A stretch of DNA of 26,670 bases, taken from the NCBI GenBank assembly GCA_937899865.1, contig CALBRH010000015.1, positions 1-26,670 on the forward strand. The letters are read 5' to 3'. The stretch is from an uncultured euryarchaeote (GTDB lineage: Archaea; Thermoplasmatota; Poseidoniia; Poseidoniales; Poseidoniaceae). Shown here in pieces: positions 7,785-15,094 of this stretch. Each line of letters begins with the position of its first letter. Position 1 is the first letter of the stretch. Position numbers and translations under genes: made by a program. The notes beneath the pieces were generated by a model. The model made no database searches, was not told the DNA's origin, and was given only the letters and a program-made list of their open reading frames with translations.

Positions 7785-9815
7785 ATGGCGGAGTCGCATT
7801 TTCCTGAACCAGAAGGCGATATTTCTGACGCGGAAAGCCTTGACCCGAACCAATTGGGCTTTATGTGTGGCATAGAGGTTCACCAGCAATTAGCAACAGG
7901 AAAATTGCATTCCCGCCAACCTGGGGATTTGTATGATGTTACGATGGAAACCTTGCCAGATGATTGGCCAAAATTTTCACGAAAATTACGAGCCGCTAGA
8001 GGCGAAGGTGGCAAAATCGACATTGCTGCTAGATTTGAAACACGTCGTAATCGTTCATTTGAATATGTTCAGTCGCCAAATTCTGGTTTGATAGAATTAG
8101 ATGACCAACCTCCCTTGACGCATGACACAGATGCTTTGGAAATCGCTCTAACCACTTCCGCATTACTTGATGCAAACCCAGTTTCTTTACTCCAAACTAT
8201 GCGGAAAACAGTTGTTGATGGCTCGAATACAAGCGGTTTTCAACGAACTACGTTAATTTCGACTGGCGGTACATTACAAACCACCACAGCTCCAGTGGGC
8301 ATCTCGGTATTGTGTTTAGAAGAAGATAGTGCAAGAAAACTTGACACTTATGCAACAGATTCAGGAGAGTGTGTAATTTACAATTTAGATAGGTTGGGCC
8401 TACCTCTAATCGAAATTGCAACAGAACCGGATGTTCAAACTCCAGAACATGCTAAAGAAACCTCAATTGCCTTAGGTAGAACACTACGTCAGACACGTCG
8501 AGTTCGTAGAGGACTTGGAAGTATTAGACAAGATCTCAATGTTTCAATTGCTTGTGGCGATAGAATTGAGATTAAAGGTTGTCAAGACCTAAATTGGATT
8601 CCTCGAATAATTAAGTTAGAAATGGCTAGGCAACTACATTTTTACCGATTGGCAAATACTCTTCGAACCGAGTTATCCTTGCCCCCTCTGCCAAGTGATA
8701 GGCGTCAAGACGATAGTGAAATCGAGGCACAGGTAGAGCAAAAGGTAGCAGAAAAATTGCCATTAGAATTAATTGATGTGACTAAAGATTTTTCAAATTG
8801 CCAATCAAAAATGGTTGTTAATGGTTTAGAACAAACTTTCACAATGCTTGCTTTACCATTACCCGGATTGGCAGGGAAAATCGGCACGAAAACGGTTGAT
8901 TCTGAAGGTGCTCAATTACCAAGACTTGGAAGAGAACTGGCCGGGGCAGCAAAATTAGCTGGAGTAAAAGGTGTATTCCATTCAGATGAATTGCCAGCAT
9001 ACGGTATTGAAGACGAGTATGTAGAAAGCGTACGTTCATCACTTAAGTTGTCAAATAGTGATGGATTTGTGCTATGCTTAGCCCCTAAGTGGCAAGCAGA
9101 ACTTGCCTTGGAAAGCGTCCTATTACGCGCAAGAGCCGCTTGGCACAGAATTCCGCAAGAAGTCCGTAATGTAGTGATAAAGAAAGGCGCGCCCGATGAC
9201 GGCACTACTGCACCAATGAGGCCTCTACCAGGAGGGGCTAGAATGTATCCGGAAACCGATATTCCTAGTCAAAAAATTAGCTCTGAAAAATGGCAGTCAA
9301 TCCTTGAAAACTTACCTATGACAGATAGTCAACGCATGGCAAGAATGGATGAATTTGATGTATCATCAGACCAAAAAGAACAAATTTTGGCAAGGGAATT
9401 AGATGATACATTCGTTGATTATCAAAACGATTTACCGGCTAAAGCATGGGCTGCAGTATTGTTAGAAAACGATGAAGTAGACCCAAGAATATCTAGTCTT
9501 GTTCTATCGGCAAAAGAGCAAGGCGAAATCACTCGGGAATCAATCAATGAGGTGATTGCCTACTTTGCGGATAAAAACCCCGAACTTGATCAAATACTCG
9601 CTTATGCAGAAGAGCATGGGTTGAAACCTGCAGATGAATCCCAACTTGCTGACATAATTTCAGCTGTAGTTGCAGATAGAACAGATTTCATCAAAGAGCG
9701 CGGAATGGGCGCAATTGGGCCATTGATGGGAGTAGTTATGCAGCAAGCAGGTGCGGCAGATGGTAAAGCAGTCAGCGCTTTACTTAAGCAGGCCATACTC
9801 GATTTGACCAAGTGA
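7785..9815 (+). CDS. gatE: Glu-tRNA(Gln) amidotransferase subunit E
   Basis: 'GIEVHQQL', 'VVDGSNTSGFQRT', 'LDRLGLPLIEIAT', 'RGLGSIRQDLNVSI', AspRS-like insert 'HSDELPAYGI', 'RMYPETD', C-terminal Yqey-like tail. Confidence 0.96.
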   Translation: MAESHFPEPEGDISDAESLDPNQLGFMCGIEVHQQLATGKLHSRQPGDLYDVTMETLPDDWPKFSRKLRAARGEGGKIDIAARFETRRNRSFEYVQSPNSGLIELDDQPPLTHDTDALEIALTTSALLDANPVSLLQTMRKTVVDGSNTSGFQRTTLISTGGTLQTTTAPVGISVLCLEEDSARKLDTYATDSGECVIYNLDRLGLPLIEIATEPDVQTPEHAKETSIALGRTLRQTRRVRRGLGSIRQDLNVSIACGDRIEIKGCQDLNWIPRIIKLEMARQLHFYRLANTLRTELSLPPLPSDRRQDDSEIEAQVEQKVAEKLPLELIDVTKDFSNCQSKMVVNGLEQTFTMLALPLPGLAGKIGTKTVDSEGAQLPRLGRELAGAAKLAGVKGVFHSDELPAYGIEDEYVESVRSSLKLSNSDGFVLCLAPKWQAELALESVLLRARAAWHRIPQEVRNVVIKKGAPDDGTTAPMRPLPGGARMYPETDIPSQKISSEKWQSILENLPMTDSQRMARMDEFDVSSDQKEQILARELDDTFVDYQNDLPAKAWAAVLLENDEVDPRISSLVLSAKEQGEITRESINEVIAYFADKNPELDQILAYAEEHGLKPADESQLADIISAVVADRTDFIKERGMGAIGPLMGVVMQQAGAADGKAVSALLKQAILDLTK

Positions 9816-11500
9816 ATAAAATGCGTAAAAAAATGCTTATTTTGGCAATAGTTGCCATTTATTGTCTATCATTCACGCAAGCAGAAACTCCACTAAGTAC
9901 CGAGGAAGAATTTTCACTTCAATGGAATTTAGATTTTGGTGAAGTGTATGTATCAACTCATCCAATAACTTCTGCCGATGCAATATTTGTTCGAACATCA
10001 TCATCTAATTTAGCTCAAGGAATTCCTTCAGTATATTCATTAGATTTTGATGGTAAGGAAAAATGGCAAATGCAAAATGCGAATTCAACAAAGCAAGACA
10101 TGTCTCCCTTAGAATTTGTTAAGGCAGGCAATGGAGACTGCGGCAGTTGGCCTGACATGGTATTAGTTGGCTGGTCAGACGGTTTGTTTCAAGCACTCGA
10201 TGCGCAGGACGGCAGTGTGGTTTGGCAACATCAAACAGAAGTGCTTGGTTGGGGGATTACAGGTAGCATGTTAGTCGAAACAGAAACGGTAACAATTCCA
10301 ACAAGAAATGGCATGGACAAGTTTTGTTTAAACGGCGAGTTGCAATTTACCAAAAGTACCGGTGAGGGTTGGAGAAATGGTGTAACATTTGCTGCACAGT
10401 CATATTGGATTGGCGATGAATCTGGCAGGTTGTGGTCTGTAAACCATCAAGATGCCAATAGCCATTTTATTGCAGAAGGGAAAATCCGCCATGCACCAGT
10501 AAGTTTGTCCAATAATAATCTATTAATTCATCTTCAAACCGCTACAGGTAGCACAATTTATCAATTCAATACAACTTCTAATCAGTCTACAGCAATAGCA
10601 AATTCAGGTTTTGGCCCAGGTATTCCAAAAGTATTCCAAGATTACATCATAACGACAGATTCCCAAAATCTAATGTCGATTTCTTGTCAAAACCTGTGTT
10701 CTGTTATTGATTTTGAAACGTTTCAATCCAATGGCGAAATATCAAACGTATTTGGAAAAATAATGTTGCCACAGAATACGGTTGAGGGAGGATATGGACA
10801 GTTTGAGATATCGAGTGAAGGCCAATTGAACTTCCTCGGCCTTGCCAATTATGATGATGATTGGTATGGTACAGCAGGTATCGAATCGTGGATCATCGAC
10901 GACGAGAAATACATGTTATTGGTTAACGATAATGCAAATTTGAAACTATTGACGAGTAGTTTTAATATAAACGTCGAAGAAAATAATGATGATACTGATT
11001 GGCCAACCATTCTCGTGATGCTTTTTGCTTTAATTTTGATATCTACTACTAGCATTCAACTGCTTAGGGAAAGATTTCAATCAGCATTCAAATTTTTCAT
11101 ACTGTTCTGCACAATTCTGCTATACTTTACCTTCGCTGATATAATTCAAGCATGGGACGACCTAATCAATGAAGATGCGCCGGCATCAGAGGCTTGGAAT
11201 GAGACTTGGCCAGAGGAATGGCTAGGGACACAAGTAATCGTTTTTCAGTTTCAAGATAATTCCGTAGTCACTGGTGGATTATTTGGCCATGATAATGTTC
11301 TACAGTTGACTCAAGCAGCAGCGATTGAGCAGGGTATGGATGTTGAGATAATTGATAGTAGTCTCGGCAAATATGTAGTTAGCATCGACAATATTGCAGG
11401 AGAAGGTTGGGAATATACCGTCAATGGCCAGGCAGGCGCGGTATCTGCTGAATATAGTCAACTTGAATCAGATAGTATAGTAGTATGGAAACAACTCTAG
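9812..11500 (+). CDS. Secreted PQQ/BamB-like beta-propeller + 2 TM helices + C-terminal DUF4430 (transcobalamin C-terminal-like) domain
   Basis: Signal peptide (MRKKMLILAIVAIYCLSFTQA); Trp-docking repeats 'SLDFDGKEKW', 'ALDAQDGSVVW'; TM pair 'WPTILVMLFALILISTTSIQLL' and 'FKFFILFCTILLYFTFA'; C-terminal 'SSLGKYVVSIDNI..GWEYTVNG..GAVSA....L...IVVW' typical of DUF4430. Start is GTG 9812 (overlapping the gatE stop) or ATG 9821. Confidence 0.75.
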   Translation: MNKMRKKMLILAIVAIYCLSFTQAETPLSTEEEFSLQWNLDFGEVYVSTHPITSADAIFVRTSSSNLAQGIPSVYSLDFDGKEKWQMQNANSTKQDMSPLEFVKAGNGDCGSWPDMVLVGWSDGLFQALDAQDGSVVWQHQTEVLGWGITGSMLVETETVTIPTRNGMDKFCLNGELQFTKSTGEGWRNGVTFAAQSYWIGDESGRLWSVNHQDANSHFIAEGKIRHAPVSLSNNNLLIHLQTATGSTIYQFNTTSNQSTAIANSGFGPGIPKVFQDYIITTDSQNLMSISCQNLCSVIDFETFQSNGEISNVFGKIMLPQNTVEGGYGQFEISSEGQLNFLGLANYDDDWYGTAGIESWIIDDEKYMLLVNDNANLKLLTSSFNINVEENNDDTDWPTILVMLFALILISTTSIQLLRERFQSAFKFFILFCTILLYFTFADIIQAWDDLINEDAPASEAWNETWPEEWLGTQVIVFQFQDNSVVTGGLFGHDNVLQLTQAAAIEQGMDVEIIDSSLGKYVVSIDNIAGEGWEYTVNGQAGAVSAEYSQLESDSIVVWKQL

Positions 11501-11540
11501 TTTAGGCAATGCTCAAGACATTCAACCTCTAGGGCTAGGC

Positions 11541-12197
11541 ATGTTCCAGTCATATGGCATCCACGGCCCGGTTCTCGGACCAGTTACTGGATTGGTTATT
11601 GATGTTATTCTGCTTGGATTAGCATTTTGGATGTTAGCCTCGCCAGATATGCGAAAAGCCCCAAATATCCTTACTTTTGTTACCCTTGTAGCAAGCATAT
11701 CATTGCTTAGAGTTGTTATGACTCCACTACCAAATATTCAGCCGGTAACAGTTGCTGCACTGATTGTTGGCGCCCAACTTGGAGTGCGAAGAGGGGTCGC
11801 TTTCGCAGTTTTAGTTGCAATGATTTCTAATTTCATCATTGGTGATGGTATATGGACCTTGTATCAAGCAATTGGTTGGTCAGTAGTAGCTATAATAGGT
11901 GCATATTCAAACATTATAGTCGATGAAAAATTACAGTTGAGCAAGACCTATCTTTATGCGATAGTAACCGCATTTTTATTCGGATTCATTGTGTCTTTAA
12001 GCGTACTTGGAACTGTATCATTCAGCGGTTTTATGATTTATCTACTCAATGGAATTCCTTACGATTTACTTCATGCACTTGGTAATCTAACTATGGCCGC
12101 TTGGTTTGGCACGTGGTTTAGTGATTCAATAGCTAAATTCCAATCATTGGAAGAAATTGAGCAAAAAGTAGTCGATGGATATGTCACGAGAACATGA
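11541..12197 (+). CDS. ECF transporter S component, CbrT-like (predicted cobalamin)
   Basis: About 7 hydrophobic helices (6 core plus one N-terminal). Motifs 'LLR...PLPNIQPVT', 'ISNFIIGDGIWTLYQ..GW' and 'GIPYDLLHALGN' match the CbrT-type S-component pattern as I recall it. Confidence 0.75.
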   Translation: MFQSYGIHGPVLGPVTGLVIDVILLGLAFWMLASPDMRKAPNILTFVTLVASISLLRVVMTPLPNIQPVTVAALIVGAQLGVRRGVAFAVLVAMISNFIIGDGIWTLYQAIGWSVVAIIGAYSNIIVDEKLQLSKTYLYAIVTAFLFGFIVSLSVLGTVSFSGFMIYLLNGIPYDLLHALGNLTMAAWFGTWFSDSIAKFQSLEEIEQKVVDGYVTRT

Positions 12198-12549
12198 TGG
12201 TCCTTCGATGGCCTTGATAGTCAGAAAAGATCTGAAATTATCTGCTGGTAAATTGGCAGTACAATGTTCTCATGCAGCGGTAAACTGCTCATTAACTGCT
12301 AAAAAAACCGAGCCTAGATTAATGGAGCGCTGGCAATCAAATGGAGCACGAAAAATTTGTTTGGCAATAAATGACCTCGAATCATTAAAAATACTGATGG
12401 GCAAATCGAAGTCAGCAGGTTTGATTACTCATTTGATTAAGGACGCTGGCCATACTGAAATTCCGCCTGGGACAATAACGGTTCTTGGTATTGGCCCAGC
12501 ACCAAAAAGCAGTATTGACGCGTTAACTAGCGAACTTAAGCCGTATTAA
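12175..12549 (+). CDS. pth2: Peptidyl-tRNA hydrolase Pth2, copy A (more divergent)
   Basis: 'VRKDLKLSAGKLAVQCSHA', 'DAGHTEIPPGTITVLGIGP'. The start may be ATG 12181; it overlaps the end of the S-component gene. Confidence 0.88.
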   Translation: MDMSREHDGPSMALIVRKDLKLSAGKLAVQCSHAAVNCSLTAKKTEPRLMERWQSNGARKICLAINDLESLKILMGKSKSAGLITHLIKDAGHTEIPPGTITVLGIGPAPKSSIDALTSELKPY

Positions 12550-12977
12550 TGGAGGTGTTTTTTTTGGGTCTTCGTTCCTTTATTCATAGATTAACAGCAC
12601 CAAGGTTTACTTCAGGATTTATCGATAGCCCGGTAAAATTAGTATTAGTAATCAATAACGATCTAAAGATGGGTAAAGGCAAAATTGCAGCCCAAGCAGG
12701 CCATGCATCAGTATCTGCAACTATGAAAGCTGGAGAAAAATCCCCTTCTATACTCGATTCCTGGTTGAAATCCGGCCAGAAAAAAGTCTGCTTGAAAACA
12801 AATTTTGATGACTTAATCGATTTAGAGAACAAAGCAAAATCCACAGGCATTCAAACGGTTAGAATAAACGATGCAGGAAAAACACAAATCCCTAGCGGCT
12901 CGCTTACAGTAATTGCTTTTGGTCCTGACGATGAAGAAAAGTTGGAACAATTAACTGGGCATTTGAAACTTTTATGA
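12549..12977 (+). CDS. pth2: Peptidyl-tRNA hydrolase Pth2, copy B (canonical)
   Basis: 'DLKMGKGKIAAQAGHA', 'W...GQKKV', 'DAGKTQI..GSLTVIAFGP', 'TGHLKLL'; TAATG overlap with copy A. Confidence 0.92.
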   Translation: MEVFFLGLRSFIHRLTAPRFTSGFIDSPVKLVLVINNDLKMGKGKIAAQAGHASVSATMKAGEKSPSILDSWLKSGQKKVCLKTNFDDLIDLENKAKSTGIQTVRINDAGKTQIPSGSLTVIAFGPDDEEKLEQLTGHLKLL

Positions 12978-13017
12978 AATCCGCCTATTTCATCAATGAT
13001 GGCCATTTGGAAACACC

Positions 13018-14064
13018 ATGCGAGAGTATAATTTGGATAGAATCGACCTTCGCAGCGACACAGTAACTCAACCTACTCAGGCGATGAAGGAAGCGATGAT
13101 GGCTTCGGTAGTCGGTGATGATGTTTTGCAAGATGACCCAACAGTTAGGGCATTAGAGGAAAAGATTGCACAAATGTGCGGGATGGAAGCGGCATTATTC
13201 GTACCATCTGGAACTATGTCTAATGCCATTGCAATTAGGGCGCATACTTCTCCTGGAGACGAGATAGTAATGGAAAGGACTAGTCATATTTACCAATATG
13301 AAGGTGGAGGTTATGCTGCATTATCGGGAGTATCAGTAGCACTTATCGATGGTGAAAAGGGACAATTAACTCCGCAATCAGTTGCCAAGGCAATACGTAA
13401 GGCAGAAGGTAGTTTTGGACATTATCCTGATGGTACTTTGGTCTGTGTAGAGAACACAGCTAATCGTGGTGGAGGTACATGTTATTCACAAGAAGCCCTT
13501 GATGCAATTGCTGCAACTGCACACGAACACAATTGTGCAATTCATATGGATGGTGCACGAATATTCAACGCATCAGTAAAGACAAAAACACCCATAAATA
13601 GGATGTTAAGAGATTTTGATTCAGTATCAATCTGTCTGTCTAAAGGATTAGGTGCGCCAGTTGGTAGTTTGTTGGTAGGCTCTAAGCAGTTTATTGCAAA
13701 AGCCAGCCGTTGGAGGAAATTGTTTGGTGGCGGAATGCGCCAATCAGGATTTTTAGCAGCCTGTGGTTTGTTTGCATTAGAACATAATATCGAGAGATTG
13801 GCAGACGATCACAAAAGAGCATTACATCTTGCGAACAGCATTAGTAAAATGAATGGTTTCAATATCAATTTAGATTCTGTAGAGACCAATATGGTATATA
13901 TTGACAGTGACATGGGTGCACAGAAATTGATGCAAGAATTAGCCAATAACGGCATTGATGTGTTAGATGTCGGCCCTACTGCAGTAAGGGCAGTAATTCA
14001 TTTACACGTTACCGATGAAGATATCGAGCAAGTAATCGGTGTTTTTGCTCAATTAGCAAACTAA
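13018..14064 (+). CDS. ltaE: Low-specificity L-threonine aldolase (PLP-dependent)
   Basis: 'DLRSDTVT', 'LFVPSGTMSN', 'HMDGARIFNA', PLP-lysine motif 'SICLSKGLGAPVGS', 'GGGMRQ'. Confidence 0.93.
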   Translation: MREYNLDRIDLRSDTVTQPTQAMKEAMMASVVGDDVLQDDPTVRALEEKIAQMCGMEAALFVPSGTMSNAIAIRAHTSPGDEIVMERTSHIYQYEGGGYAALSGVSVALIDGEKGQLTPQSVAKAIRKAEGSFGHYPDGTLVCVENTANRGGGTCYSQEALDAIAATAHEHNCAIHMDGARIFNASVKTKTPINRMLRDFDSVSICLSKGLGAPVGSLLVGSKQFIAKASRWRKLFGGGMRQSGFLAACGLFALEHNIERLADDHKRALHLANSISKMNGFNINLDSVETNMVYIDSDMGAQKLMQELANNGIDVLDVGPTAVRAVIHLHVTDEDIEQVIGVFAQLAN

Positions 14065-14065
14065 A

Positions 14066-14977
14066 TCATTCACGTCGAGTAAATATTGCTGCACCAGCGA
14101 TTGCGATAACAGCAAATGAGACTGTAAAGCCAGGTAATGAATCATCATCTTTTTGCGAATCAGTAGTTGGGGGCTGGTTTTCTGTAATTGGCTCAGGTAA
14201 ATTCATGATATACACAAGATGAACTTCAAGATCATTTCCATCGTGTGCCGGCGGGATTTTTATTGTAGCAGTTCCCGATAAATCAGAACCTAAATCAGTC
14301 ATATTTCTAACGATGTCGTGGTATACTCCGGCACCATTACCGCCATCAGCAAACTCAGCACTATCTTCAACAAACCACGCATTTACATTAAGAGTTGAAT
14401 CTGGATAATTAGACATATTCAAATCAAGGCTCCAAGAAATAATACCATAATCATCTGGTATGTCACAATTACAATCAGCTTTTGGTGTCCAAGAGAACGT
14501 TGAGATTCCGCTACCCATATTCAATGGAGTTGCAATCATCGCACGATAATCGCTCTCTAAGGAATCTGAATCAGGTAGTGTTCCATGTTTTTTGACAGTT
14601 CCATTGAAAGCAACTAATGGAGGTAAATTTTCCCCGTATCTTTCAGTAACATATGCTGATGCAAAATCATCTCCTAATGGGTCTTCATAATCAGGAGAGC
14701 GGTGGAATTCATATTTCTGAACCAACCCTTCTGTTTCAAGATCATCAAGAACTTCTTCGGCCTTGAGACAATTTGAACACCACGTGGCAGTGAAATCTTC
14801 AGCAATAGCTGGCAATTCATCAATTGGAGTTGAGTTTGTCGAGAGATTTTCAATTGGCGTATGTTGGCCACCGAACACAGCTCCAGTATTAGTTGGCTCG
14901 GCAGGTTTAGCATTTGTTGAAGGTATTCCCATGGCGAGAATTAGACAAATAACGGTAATCGCTACAACTCTTCGCAT
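14066..14977 (-). CDS. Surface thioredoxin-fold/Omp28-like protein with PGF-CTERM sorting signal
   Basis: Signal peptide; 'EDFTATWCSNC' (CxxC); 'PPLVAFNG' cis-Pro segment; 'FVED...YHDIVR' Omp28-like elements; C-terminal 'LPGF' + hydrophobic helix + 'RRE'. Confidence 0.7.
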   Translation of the reverse strand: MRRVVAITVICLILAMGIPSTNAKPAEPTNTGAVFGGQHTPIENLSTNSTPIDELPAIAEDFTATWCSNCLKAEEVLDDLETEGLVQKYEFHRSPDYEDPLGDDFASAYVTERYGENLPPLVAFNGTVKKHGTLPDSDSLESDYRAMIATPLNMGSGISTFSWTPKADCNCDIPDDYGIISWSLDLNMSNYPDSTLNVNAWFVEDSAEFADGGNGAGVYHDIVRNMTDLGSDLSGTATIKIPPAHDGNDLEVHLVYIMNLPEPITENQPPTTDSQKDDDSLPGFTVSFAVIAIAGAAIFTRRE

Positions 14978-15061
14978 GTTTGACCCATCAAACCAGTTGC
15001 TTTGAATCCATCTGCGGTTTGTTTTAATGCTATTTTCACTGGTTATACTATTATTTTTACA

Positions 15062-15079
15062 ACAGTTTTCAATAACTGT
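15062..15079. promoter_or_regulatory. Operator-like inverted repeat upstream of the addB-like gene
   Basis: ACAGTT-ttcaat-AACTGT, perfect 6-bp arms, ending 15 nt before ATG 15095 and just after an AT-rich tract. Confidence 0.35.
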
Positions 15080-15094
15080 CGCTAATCTGCCAAT

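Noticed and set aside
9700-9830. Cobalamin riboswitch upstream of the DUF4430/CbrT-like module
   Set aside because: The region is gatE coding sequence overlapping the next start; no B12-box motif seen.
13018-14064. PLP enzyme as CobD (corrinoid salvage) because it is near the B12 module
   Set aside because: Motifs (DLRSDTVT, CLSKGLGAPVG) are diagnostic of LtaE, not class I/II aminotransferase-like CobD.
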